Source: Phoronis australis (Eukaryota > Animalia > Phoronida). From it: DNA of 64,000 nucleotides. The notes under the pieces are model-generated. The model ran no database searches. It was not told the origin of the DNA and saw only the letters and a program-made list of their open reading frames with translations. Below, one piece after another: positions 13,060 to 25,552 of this stretch. The position numbers were made by a program, and so were the translations under genes. Location: assembly GCA_002633005.1 (NCBI GenBank), contig NMRA01000036.1:1350139-1414138 (forward strand). The letters are read 5' to 3'. The stretch's first letter is position 1; every line of letters begins with the position of its first letter.

Positions 13060-16000
13060 GAAAGATAATTGTCACGGCGTGACTCTTGCGTGCGTATTAC
13101 TGGAATTGTTATGGGAAGTTACTGCTAACAACCCGTTTACCAATATGAAAACAATTCTTTAAAACTGTAAGGAAAATTAGATGTTGATAATTTGATGACC
13201 TTTGCACCAATTGACCCCTTCCGGTGCATTATGAGCCCCGATGAGGGAATAAGTGTAAACTGAACGGTAATTGTGGTTAAAGCCAACAATCAAAGATGTC
13301 TGCACTTTAGAACACAAGATGAATGAATTGGTCAAACTTTCAGAAGAAAAATGCTCCTAATGACCCCATGGTTACACCAAATCACCGGAAATTTCAGAAT
13401 TCAAACTCAATTGCAAATACTAAACACATTTGTAAATTTGAAGTGTCTAGCTCAAAATCACTGTTTGCACTCCATGACCAATGTTTCTGAATGGATGGTC
13501 CTATTGCCTACTGGCATGTAGAATTACACCCGTGTGGTGTAATTGAAAAGAATTAACTGAAAAATGTAGGAAAAATAACATTTTGAAGGTTAGGGGACCT
13601 TTGCACTAATTGACCCTATCCGGTGCATTACAAGTCTCTTTAGGCAAATTATTGCAAAGTCCGTGAAAAATGACTTTAATGCTGATAATCGCAGTTGTCC
13701 TACTGACGACATGTCAGAATACTTGGTGAATGAAACTGACAAATTTTCAGAAGACAAATGCACCAAATGACCACATAGTTGTACTAAATGACCTGAAACT
13801 TTGAATTTGGAATTCAATTACATGCACCAATTAGACGGAGGAATTTGAAGGGTCTAGCTCAAAATCTAAGTTTGCACCTATTGACCTTTGACCTGTTTAA
13901 TCTGATTGGATGACTCGATTACTTAAAAATGTAATCCTTTTAATTGACTTATAGACTTATAGCTGTGTAACGAATTTCAAAAAGATAGCTTTAAAACTGA
14001 AGAAGGAATAGGATTTTGAAAATTATATGACCTTTGCACCAAACGACCTCTTCCGGTGCATTATGGAATATGGTTATATAACGATTCAAAATTTATGTAC
14101 TGTTAAAAATCATGTGTTGAATTTAAAGAAAATAACTACACCCGTTTTGGAGTAATTAAGCGTCAAATTTGGTCGGAAGAAGAATAACAATAAGAACTAG
14201 GAAAATTATTGTCACGGCGAGACAATAATGGACTCTGCGCGTGTGTGTTATTGGAATTTTTATGTGAAGTTATTGACAACAACCCGTTCACCAATATGAA
14301 AAAGAATTCTTTAAAACTGTAAGAGGAACTACATGTGGATTATTTGATGACCTTTGTACTAATTAACTCCTTCCGGTGCATTATGAGTCCTGATAAGGAA
14401 ACGAGTGTTAAGCCTATGAAAAGTGAGACTAATGCTAAGAATTACAGATATATTACTTTTTGAATTTAAAAATATAAGATGAATTAATTCAAACTCAATC
14501 GCATTTACTAAACAGATATGTAAATATGAAGTCTCTAGCTCAAACTATGGGCTTGTACTCAATGACCTTTGACCTATTTTTTCTGATTGGATTGGCCTAT
14601 AGCTTAGTAAAGAGGGGTGTTTGATTGGCATATTGGTTTACATCAGCGTGCTGAAATTGAAAAGAATTCATTGAAAAATGTAGGAGATATAAAACTTTGA
14701 ACGTTAGATGACCTTTGCACTAATTGACCCGATCCGATGCATTATAAGAATCTTTAGGAGAATTACCGCAAAGTACTTGTTAGGTGTGTTTAATGCTGAG
14801 AATCACAGTTGTCTAACTGTTGACACATCACAATAATTGAGGAATGAAAATGCCAAATGGTCAGACGAAAAATGCACCTAATGACCCCATGGTAGCTCCA
14901 AATGACCTGAAACTCTAGATTTCGATCTCAACTCTATGCCCCAAGAAGATGTTTGAATTTGAAGTGTCTGGCTCAAAATCTTAGATTGAACTCAATCACC
15001 TTTGACCCCTTTAACCTGATTGGATGACTCGATTTCTTTGACTTATACCAGTGCACCGAATTTCAAAAAAATAGCTCTAACACTAAAGAAGGATTAGCAT
15101 TTTGAAAATTTTATGACCTTTGCACTAAGTGACCTCTTCCTGTGCATTATAGAATGTTTTCTAGAATATTTGCAAAGTTCGTGTAAAATGCGTTAAATGC
15201 TGAGAGTGACATGTGTCTAACTGTTGACACATCAGAATACTTGGTGAATGTAAAGGTCAAATTTTCAGAAGAAAATTGCACCTAATGACCCCATGATTGC
15301 ACTAAATGGCCTGAAACTGGATTTCGAATTGAATTATCGGTGCCAATAAGACCTGTGATTTTGAAGTGTCTAACTTTAAAACTTAGATTGCACCTAATGA
15401 CCTTTGACCCCTTAAACCTGATTGGATGACTCGATTTCTTAGAAAAGTAAATTTCTGAATTCTATTGTTGACTTATACGAGTGCACTGAATTTGAAAAAA
15501 TAGCTTTAACACTAAAGAAGGATTAGCATTTTGAAAATTGTACGACCTTTGCACTAAGTGACCTCTTCCGATGCATTATGAGCCTGTTTGCTAAAATTTT
15601 TGCAAAGTTCGTGTAAAGTGCGTTTAATGCTGAGAATCACAGTTGTCTAACTATTGACGCGTCAGTATAGTTGGTGAATGAAAAGGACAAATTTTCAGAA
15701 GAAAAATGCACGCAATGACCCCATGGTTGCACAAAATGACCTGAAACTTTAGAATTCACACCAATTGCATTTCCTAAACAGATGAGTAAATTTCAAGTGT
15801 CTAGCTCAAAATCTCACTTTGCACTGGGTGACCTTTGACTTATTTTTTCTGATTGGATAGCTCTTTTGCTTAGTAAAGTAGAGTATATGATTGACATGTA
15901 GGTTTACACCAGTGTGAAGAGAAAGCATTGAAAATGTTTGAGAAATAACCATTTGAAAAGCAGACGACATTTGCACTAATTGACCCAATCCAGTGCATAA

Positions 16001-18545
16001 CAAGCTCTTTCAGTAGAATTATTGCGAAGTCTGTGAAAAATGTCTTTAATCATGAGAATCGCAGTTGTCTAACTGCTCTCGTATGAAAATACGTATTGGC
16101 TAAAAAAGCCAAAATTTAAGAAAAATGCACCCAATGACCCCATGGTTGCACCAAATGACCTGAAACTTTGGATTTCAAACTGAATTACCTGTATCAATCA
16201 GATATGTCAATTTGAAATGTCTAGCTCTAAGTTTTAGTTTGCATCTAATGACCTTTGACCAGTTTAATCTGATTGGATGATCTGATTACTTAGAATGGAA
16301 TTTTTTTAATTTGTGTTCTTGACTTTTGCCTGTACACCGAATTTGAACAAGAAACCTTTAAAACTGAAGAAAGAGTAGCATTTTGAATATTATATGACCT
16401 TTGCACTAAAATGACCTTTTCCGGTGCATTATGGAATGTGGTTGTATAAAGAATCAAAATTTATGTACTGTGAAGAACTATATAATAATAATAAGAATAA
16501 GAAAAAGAAATAGAACGCAATTACGTTCAATTTCGGATACGCTTCCCTAGTCCCTGTTTATTATCAAAAGTTGAAGAGTCTGTCTAAAAACCTGTTGAAG
16601 AAGAAGCAATTTGACGGAATGCACTCCTTGACCCGTTCCGGTCAATGCGGTGCATTTTGAACCAAGCCCATATAATCAATAGAATTTGATCGGCAATTGG
16701 TTGAACCACCAAGAATTTGAACGCTCTTCCTAAAGCATCAATTTAGTACATTCCAAGCTCATTGAAAAAGTCTTAACAATCTGCACTTAATGACCCCAAA
16801 GTTGCACCTACAGACCCCAAAGTTTGTGATTGAACTTCCTCGATGAATGCTAATAATATTGAAGATGATGAAGGGTCTAGCTCAAAAATAACTTTTGCAC
16901 CTAAAGATCTTTGACCCGGAAACTCGGTTCCCCTGATCCGATTCGAATTCCAAGTAAATTTCGGATGCAATTCTCTAGTGCCCACTTTAAACAAAATTTG
17001 AAGAATCCATCTAAAAAACCGTAGAAGAACAAGCATTCTGACGAAATGCACTCATTGACCTGTTTCGGGTCATCCCGCTGCATTTTAGGTCAAAAAATAT
17101 AATTAATAAAAATCCGTTGAATGCCATATCATTTACAATGAATATGAGTGTTGTTAATGAATCGATGTAAGAGTAATAAAAATCTGAAATGAAGGAAGAA
17201 TAAAAATAAAAATAAGAACTAGAATGCAATTGCGTATGCGCACTTACAACTCTGCGCGTGGTGTATGCACATGCACAGCGAAGTATAGGTGCATAACATT
17301 GCATAGAAGTTGCATCCTTTGTGTGAAAGACAGCGATGTCCCTGGTAACTATGAAAGCGCAAGAGTGAAAAGTAAGAATATCATCGGAAAACTGCACCTA
17401 ATGACTTCACAGTTGCACCGAATGATCCCAAAGTTTGTGGTGGGATTTCCTTTACGAATGAAAAATCTATATGTGATTATGTAAGGTCTAGCTCACAAAT
17501 CAGTTTTGCACTTAATGACCTTTGACCTGGAAACTCAGTTCCCTTTATCCGATTTAGTTTCCAAGTAAATTTCGGGTGTACTTCTCTAGTGTCTGCTTGT
17601 CATCAAAATTCGGAGAGTCTATCTGAAAACCTATAGAAGAAAAAGCAACTTGACGAAATGCACTCCTTTACCCCTTTTGGGTCAATCCAGTGCATTTTGA
17701 GTCAAATCCATGTGATCAATAGAATTTGATCGGCAGGTGGTTGAACCACCATGAATATGAACGCTCTCACTAATGCATCATGTAAGTACAAGCTGATTGA
17801 AAAAGTCTTAAATTTAACATAAAACTGCACCTAATGATCCCAAAATTGCACCTAGTGACCCCAAAATCTGTGACTAAACTTCCTTTTTGAATGGTTATCA
17901 TATGCGTGACTGTGAAAGGTCTAGCTCAAAAATCACTTTTGCATTTAGTGACCTTTGACCCGGAAACTCGGTTCCCTTGATCGGATTGGAATTCCAAGTA
18001 ATCATTGGATGCAGATCTCTAGTGCCTACTTGTTAAGAAAATTCGACGAGTCTATCTAAAACCTGTAGAAGGAGATGAACTTTGACTGAATGCACTCCTT
18101 GACCCATTTCGGGTCATTCCAGTGCATTTTGGGTTAAAACTATATCATCAATAGAAATCCCTTGATTATCGTATCAACCCCAGAGAATATGATTGTTGTT
18201 AATGAATCGATGTAAGAGTAATAACAATCTGAAATGGAAGGAAGAATAAGAATAAGAATAAGAAGATAAAATACGTAGAACAGTAAAATTCTGCACTTGC
18301 ACGCGCAGAGTAATGAGAAGATAAAATACTCAGGACAGCAAAACTCCGCGCTTGCACACGCAAAGTAATATGAAGATAAAATACGTAGAACAGTAAAACT
18401 CTGCGCTGCACGCGCAGAGTAATAAGAATAAGAATAAAATTGAAGAAAACCCATGTACAACGGTACTCTGCGCTTACACGCGTACAGTAATAAAATTGAA
18501 GGAAACCCAGGAGCAACAGTACTCTGCGCTTGCACGCGCAGAGTA
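13060..18545 (+). repeat. Head-to-tail array of Helentron/HINE-like non-autonomous units with internal satellite-like subrepeats
   Basis: Units start AA(C)TAG after (AATAAG)n tracts (14195, ~16508, 17217). A 5' subTIR ACTCTGCGCGTG is at 14232 and 17249, and a 3' hairpin ACTCTGCGCTTGCACGCGCAGAGT at 18521-18544. Recurrent motif atgacctttgcac...ccggtgcattat. Confidence 0.75.
18267..18545 (+). repeat. ~55-bp tandem repeat (5 copies) of the HINE 3'-terminal hairpin
   Basis: Repeated taaaatac..aacagtaaaactctgcgcttgcacgcgcagagtaa. Confidence 0.88.
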
Positions 18546-18679
18546 AAAACTTCATCAGGCAAATCCAGGTTAAGTAAAAAAACAGCATTTGGCTCCTGGA
18601 ACATGGGATCTTTCGAATGTGCTAGATTGACATACGAAAAGTCCCCGGTTCAAACCCAGCCGTCTGCTACGCCCCTGGA

Positions 18680-19490
18680 GTAAAACTGCTATGTATGTTT
18701 CTAAAATTAGGAGCCGGTGCACTTAACTGCTTTGGGTTGATCACTTGAAATTGCTGCAAACTATGTGCTATGGTGCAGAAATTTGTGGATTTAAAAATGT
18801 GTATGTTATTGTTTTTAAAATCGCAATTGAACTGGGAAGTTCTAGCGCTCAAACTCAGCAATGTTTGGTGAATGTGGAGTCTATTGCAGTTGGTTCTGTG
18901 AGGCACTCGCCCCAGACACCATGTGCCTCCACTTTTCATTTGTGTCATACGCTGTTCTGTTTGCTGTTCCCAGACTTGTGATTTTGGAAGTTATATCTTT
19001 CCAAACAGAGTTCTTGTCGGCCTTTGTCACCTTCTGACTGAACTTGCTGTTAATTACTTGCAAGTTCGATTCGGTAAGTTCAGTCCAATTACAAGATCTT
19101 TTCTTTTCAGCCATTTTGTCTGTGCCATGGTAACAGGAATTATGGGTATTGTCTTATATGGTATCCAATTTGGCTATACACCGTATAACATACATGTAGA
19201 TATCCGCCGGATAGTTATCCGAACCTAATCCAAGCTTTGTGTAACCCAAATTTGTACGCCGGATAACTATCCGGCGTATAAATCTTATCCGGCGTATAAG
19301 CTCTTATCCGCCGGATAGTTATACAGACTTTGATGCAACCGGGCCCAGATGTGTGAAATACTTGCTGAAAATGATACCTAAATGATACAGCGTTTTGTGA
19401 CAAGTTAGATGACTTAGATCTCGGCGGAAGACATACATGGATATCTTCTGTCAGACAAACGTTATCTACCTACGGATTTTAGGAAATTTG
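18680..19490 (+). pseudogene. Old fragment of the same RTE-X-like LINE family (ORF2 3' region), split by a Harbinger remnant
   Basis: 18680-18885 aligns by eye to ~60610-60850 (actatgtgcta.gg.gc.gaaat, ggtgaatgtgga). 19349-19490 aligns to ~60872-61030 (tatcttctgt.agacaa, tacgg.tttta..aaatttgg). Confidence 0.8.
18890..19345 (-). mobile_element. Harbinger/PIF fragment with Myb/SANT-like DNA-binding ORF remnant (18881-19114)
   Basis: MAEKKRSCNWT...INSKFSQKVTKADKNSVWKDITSKITSLG..RT...EKWRHM resembles Myb_DNA-bind_5. Terminus ACCGGGCC+CAG at 19338-19348, with subterminal TATCCG(G/C)CG repeats. Confidence 0.78.
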
Positions 19491-20942
19491 GAGACCGGGC
19501 CCAGGGTTTGGAAAAGTGGAAATTCCAAGTAGTGATCTTTAGAAGATAACGAACCTTCGGAGTAATGGGCATTCTGAGTACTTGACCTTCGGAGTATTGA
19601 ACCTTCGTCATAGTGACATGGAACCCTGGAAATCTTTTCCATCTAGTTTGTGTCTCGTATGAAGTCTGCAGGGTTGTGCACCATTGACATTGATTGACTA
19701 GTGAAGATTTTCATTGACCAAAGTTGAGGCCTATGCCTGCCTTTCCATCATAACGTGAAAATGCTCAACGGTGTATTCTCAATGCAAGAAAACATGGTAG
19801 TTAAATGTCTGGCTTTTAGCACGACGGAGGGCTGCCTATAATGAACTTACTGTCAGCATGTACTGAATTTAAAAGAACAGAAACGTTCAAACGTGTACAC
19901 GCATACATGTCAATCCATCCAACAGTCAAAGTGGGCACTGGTTGAACAACATATTTGCAAATTTGACGATCACTTTCAAATTTGAATATGCCTACACTTT
20001 TACCGTACTATAGTTGCAATTAAACCAAAAATTGCAGAATAACAAATCTCAATTTTTCTGCTGTTGTGTTTCTTGGCCGAGTTTAAGGCATTCACACCGC
20101 ACTACTTTTTGGGAGTTCTCTCGTTGTTATTTACATTAACATGAAGCTTACATAGATCTTAGGGCTAGACTTTTATGCTTAGGTATAGACATTCACTTCT
20201 GAACTCACTTGTTACCGTTTGTTGAAGCTATCACGCGCGTAGTTTATGAATAACATCCTCCTCTTATCGTATGCACGATCCTGTCATCTACACAAACAGC
20301 GGCACTCGGGCGAAGTTTGCCGAGTTCGGGTCAACGCCACGTGGCGCAGTTTGAATCAGAAGCGGATTCAAAATTATTGCTAACTTAGTTATCATTGTAG
20401 TTAGCACCAGTAGCTGCAACAATTTTGTTGTTATTGTCCAATTAAACCCTATCTTTAACGAATATGCTAGGGGTGGACCTTTTCAGCGGGTTAGGGTTTC
20501 GATCGAACCCCCCGAACCCTCCCCCCGGCTACGGGCTATGGGCCTGTACTATTAATAATAAAAGTAAAAAGGTGAAGCATAAACTAGATTCTGTATCTAA
20601 TTCAACTGCAAATCAGTCACTATTTCCAAAAATATTATACATAGTGGTTGGATACACCCTTCCCAAATATGGATGCCCGGATCCGTCGCCACGGTGGCTG
20701 AGCACCATATACAACATCTATGGATAATTAACTCGAACGTGTTTTATATTCACTATGAAAACAAAAAGCGAACAGTTCCATTGCCCGCATATCTCTGTCG
20801 TGCCAATGAAATGATTGTCAATCTAACTTAAACTGAAAAACTAATAGCACTCATTATACCCACGAATCAGTTGTGAATAATATGTTCGCAACATCAACAG
20901 AATTTTTTATCTTCGTTACAGCTTCGATAGTTTCCACGAAAT

Positions 20943-21431
20943 CTAACACGACCATACGTACCCAATATCAGGTGCCGCAGAGGTGTTTTCAGCCTTTTTG
21001 GAGAACACAATATCAAACATAAAAAATACAGACTGTTTCAAAGAGAGGTCAACAGCCGATCTATTGAAGTTCTTCCTCGTACGTGGCACTGAGAACGCAC
21101 CGTTTTCCAGCGCTTCACGTAATATTGGGTTTGCTAATTTCAACTTTTGGTAAAACAATGTTCCCCATCTGGCGTAGTTCAGGGCAAAGAATACATCTAG
21201 CGTAGTCGGAAAAATGTTGATACAGCCACTGATGTCATTGTTCTTGACGCATCTCTGGAGTTCTCTGTGGGTTCGGTTTATAAGAAAGACGAAGATTGCC
21301 CAAAACTGATCAGTTTTGCCAAATTTGCCATTAATCACTGTGTGAAACGAAGGTAGATGGAGCGCAAACATTACGCAGGCGACAGCAAAAGACGTCATTT
21401 TGATTATTATTCCTTTTAGCAGTTGCATCAA
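20943..21431 (-). pseudogene. Academ-type transposase fragment
   Basis: TDQFW...LQRCVKNND...FFALNYARW...LENGAFSVPRT..FNRSAVDLSLKQSV matches the Academ FFA..NYARW..G.FSV..D..LEQ block. Confidence 0.72.
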
Positions 21432-21829
21432 ATGACTCGTCCGAAAACAAAGGGACGCAGTTTAGACTGGTAAAATACGACAACGAAAAATGGAAATTAG
21501 TGAAAACACAATGTGCTATCCGTCTTGGACGGGTTTTTAGGTTTTGTTTTTAATAGTGAATTATGTGGAGTATTACGCTGTTTTCGCATGGACTTGTGAG
21601 GTCGCTCCAACCTCAGGCGCGATTTTTCTGGTTTTCATGCCCTGACCTGAACTTGCAGACAAAAATCTCACCTTGTGCTGTGACATATGTCGTACAGACT
21701 TAGTGGCTCTATTGAAAATCGAAGTGCCTGGTTCCTGATTGTGATGCTTATTCAGCGTGAATGGGCTTATATTCAATTTTGTTTCGACTCTTTATTTGTC
21801 TGATGGAGGCATCTTACTGTTTTGCCACG

Positions 21830-22614
21830 TGCAATCATGTTGAACATCGGGCGATTGGTTTCAAGCGATTTCCTGGAGGGTTGATCTAGCTCAACTCAAG
21901 TACTTGGGCGTGTCTGGCGGGGATAACCCACCACTAGATTTGTCTGGCAGTATTTATTTTTTGATACCTGGGCTTACAGCGAATATTTTGCAACTGGTTT
22001 CATGCGGTTACCTCTTGGGTTGATCTAGCTCAATTTTTAACCCTTTTTGATAATCGTCTGGCAGGGGCACCCCACCACTGAAATTGTCTGGTATCTAACT
22101 GTTGTGCCATGTTCAGTGATGCTGAACATCGTGCAATTGGTTTCAAACGGTTACCTGATGGGTTGATCTAGCTCAATTCAGGTATTTGGGCGTGTCTGGC
22201 GGGAGTAACCCACCACTAGATTTGTCTGGCAGTGCTCATTCATGATACTTGGGCTTACGGTGAATATTTTGCGACTGGTTTCAAGCAGTTACCTCTTGGA
22301 TTGATCTAGCTCAATTTTTGTACCCTGTATATGTTCGTCTGGCGGGTACTCCCCACCACTGAAATTGTCTGGCAGTGACCAATTTTGATACAATGGATGA
22401 CGTAGCAGGTATCGAAGGCAGTTTTATGTGGTTACCAGAAAAGTTGATCTAGCTCAATTTTTGAGTGTAATTCTCTTGGCTCCCATGACCACACCAACCA
22501 GAGCGAACCTGCCAGACCGCCATTTCCAAGCATCAGGATACCCACAGAGCACAGTGGCACCAAAGAAAATTGATTACCTTTTCATGCCCAAAAAAGCTCT
22601 GGGATCCTGGTCTA
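21830..22614. repeat. ~140-bp subterminal tandem repeat (5 copies, alternating A/B) ending in an Academ-like terminus
   Basis: Core TTGATCTAGCTCAA at ~21881, 22020, 22163, 22301 and 22444. Ends ggatcctggtcta (22614), similar to the other Academ ends. Confidence 0.75.
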
Positions 22615-25401
22615 TTACACTGATGAATTATTCCCGTTTACACTATATTTTGATGCAAATCGCATTTTCAGTGAAGAACAAGGAGTCAACGATTTCGTTT
22701 TTGAATTATTTTATCTCAAACAGCGTCATATAACAATGCACAATTTGCCCTTCTCAACATCACGTCCATTTCACAAGACTGCGATTATGCGATGTTGTTG
22801 GTAAGATGTAAGTTGAGTCGATGGGCATAATCTGAGACAAGATATTTCATTTTTAACACTGACAAAATTGAATGAAGCCACGCCTGGGTCTGTTTCATAA
22901 AAATTTGATCTGACGGTTCACACAACTATGTCTGAAAAACTATTAAATCTCACTTGAGCAAACGTGCAAAGTCTCTGAGAACTTCCACATAGCAGCTAGT
23001 TACTTAGATAATTTCTATAAATTACTGGTCTAAATCTGTTGGTTGAATGTTTAATGCCAATTGCAGATCTTTAAGAACCAAGCGTGTAATGCCAAAAATC
23101 CATTACCTCATTTTAAACCTACTTACTTCCGTGCGGAGATACATTCTTGTCGTATCCGCTGTCTTTTCCATACAAACTTTCTACCAATTGGGATCTGCGA
23201 AACAATTGTATCGGTAACTAATTCAGCAGTTGTTATTTTTTTCTTCACCTCAAACGCGCTTGATCAAGAAAGATGAAACACGGGTGTTGGATAGGAATCT
23301 CTACAAGTACATAGTTACAGTGCTTGGAAATAGGAAGCACGGTGATGTGAACGTATCGCGAATGATTGGTTCATTAGTGCGACAACTGGCACTTAAAGAA
23401 ATTTTAATCTTCACGGACATCGACGTATTTTCGACAAACATGAGTAGTTTTTTTCGCACGAAACTTGTAAATTATGTTTTATAATCTTCTTACCTAGACA
23501 ATCGTGTCGGAGATTCTTTTTATAAAATGACATTATCGGCGGGAATAATAAAAATTATTTTCCGGCGGAAATCAGCCCGAGTGCGGATGAGAACCTGGGA
23601 ACTTCGCTCTCGCAGCCAACGGCTCCAATAGTTCAGCTAAATCCAACTCGATCAATGTAACTAACAGAACAACGATCCAGTGGCAAGTTTTATGCGAGAA
23701 ATCGTTGATGTGAAAATTTTGGCGATCTCCGTGAAAAAAGCAGACAAATATTTAAATCCATCTGGATTTTTTGCGCACAAAACCATCAAGGATTTTAAAA
23801 ACATATAGTTCAAAAGGTTAATGTTAATACTATTTAGAAAATTCGATCCTTGGTAACTAACTAAAGGTAAGCTATTATCTGAAATCAAACCTTCATCTTC
23901 CTGCAGGCGTACACCGTAAGTACTTTGACGGCGAAAGCACGCAATTTCAGTGTTACGCATTGGAATATCGAAACAGAGGGCTTGCAAATGCGCAAATATT
24001 GTGATCAAGAAAAAAATATTGAGGAGAATTATTTATAGAAAGCGAAAAATCGTTCTTTCTTTGGGTAACCGTAACACCGTCATTTCTGTTACAAGGGCCA
24101 TGCTCTAAGTTTCAAGCTATGCTTCATTGCGGAGGTAAAAAATGCTTCCTATTCAAGATCCGTGCTTTGTATATCATGACAAAGCCCGACTAAGATTTTT
24201 GAACTTTAATTTGCGTAACTATCTTACAAACGGCGAAAGTGGCCGCGGATCCCACATCCCCCAAAACAGAGAGTTAAAAAAACTTCAAAATCAGTTACCG
24301 ACCCTGCTCTTGACTTGGACAGCCGTTCACAAACCTCTTATTTAGACTTGAACTTCGTTTTTTCCAAGTGCCATATCAGACACTCAAAGTTTTTGAATTA
24401 CAGTTCAAATCCCATTTTTCATGTTAACATTCCTTTTAGCACGTTATGCCTACTTGGTAGAGTCCCACTCCTAATCGCTGATCACACGAAAGACCTATAG
24501 GTTACTTACATGTTGTGGAATTTTCGCGTGCTTTTTCCTAAGCCGAAATGAGGCAGACGCAGTAAGAAAGCCAACAGCATCCAAAAGAAGCTGTCGGTTC
24601 TCATGATCTCATAAGACGGATGACCGTTATCGTTCTTACTAAGTAGTCACAGACACATGTAAATCGACCTGTTCCTCAACCTATTAGATTCGTTTCTGCA
24701 CTCATCTTAATGATGATTGGCCTTCTCTATGAAAGTGACCATAGACATCTTAAAGTCCTTCTCTCACGCGTTGTTAACCCTTATTACATGGTTAGAAGAT
24801 GTTATAAGGATCCAAGAAGTACCTACCCCATAACTAATACACGATCCGTACTCGAAAAAAGTTTAAATGAACGCGCCACTCACGATTCGCACCCGAAGAA
24901 ACACCGCCATTTTGAACTTGCCGCGAACCCGGAAGTACAATTCATTCAGGAACCCAGGCCGAGAAAACGCCGTCAGTGCGACTGGAGCAGTGCCTGTACT
25001 GTTACCAGCCAGCAAACGGGGATAAAAAAATCGACAGCGCGCCTTAATTTTGATAAAATCAAACTACGGACAATTTTATGGAATTTGCTGAAGAAATGTG
25101 GCGAATAAATTTTGACAGAAATTATTTTGCCAGACTCGGGACCGCAGCCTATCGGACCCGGTGCGGATCGAGACCAGACACTGGCGAACGGTAAATGCAT
25201 GCGGTTGCAAGCTGTTTTGTCGAAGTAAAATGGTCAAATGATAAATGCTGCATATATTCAAGGGTAGTTTCAGACACTTGCATGAAATTACGGGCTGGTT
25301 AGTCCTGTGTCACACTGCTGCGGCAGACCTTAGTTAGCCTCAGTCACCAGCTACCAGTGAAGACTATAGTCAAAATACAGCTTGTTAGTAGGCCTATACA
25401 G

Positions 25402-25552
25402 CCTCCCGTTCAGTAGCGCTAGGACCTCGCTAAGAAGCAAGACTTCGCGAGATTACGTGAGATATTGCCGTGTATTTTAAATGAGAACATGTGACTTGGA
25501 CTAGGATTTTGCAAGGTCCTAGCGTAGGTCCTAGCGTCTACTGAACGCACGC
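25402..25552. mobile_element. Small MITE, probably Harbinger-like
   Basis: Inverted repeats cgttcagtag-cgctaggacct / aggtcctagcgtctactgaacg, with CAG on both flanks. Confidence 0.55.

Larger units (their letters stand above)
10482..18603 (-). mobile_element. Academ (AcademX-like) DNA transposon, degenerate, carrying a 5.5-kb nested insert
   Basis: TIRs tattcctggagcc / ggctcctggaaca with matching 3-bp TGG flanks (10479-10481, 18604-18606). Internal coding remnants are present, and the subterminal regions are tgcaaatt-rich. Confidence 0.75.

Noticed and set aside
16773-18604. Several 90-154 aa hydrophobic ORFs
   Set aside because: They lie within the HINE-like repeat array, have no recognisable domains and mirror the repeat periodicity.
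21830-22560. Regularly spaced TTGATCTAGCTCAA repeats as a CRISPR array
   Set aside because: The spacers are mutually similar and ~125 bp long; this is a subterminal tandem repeat.
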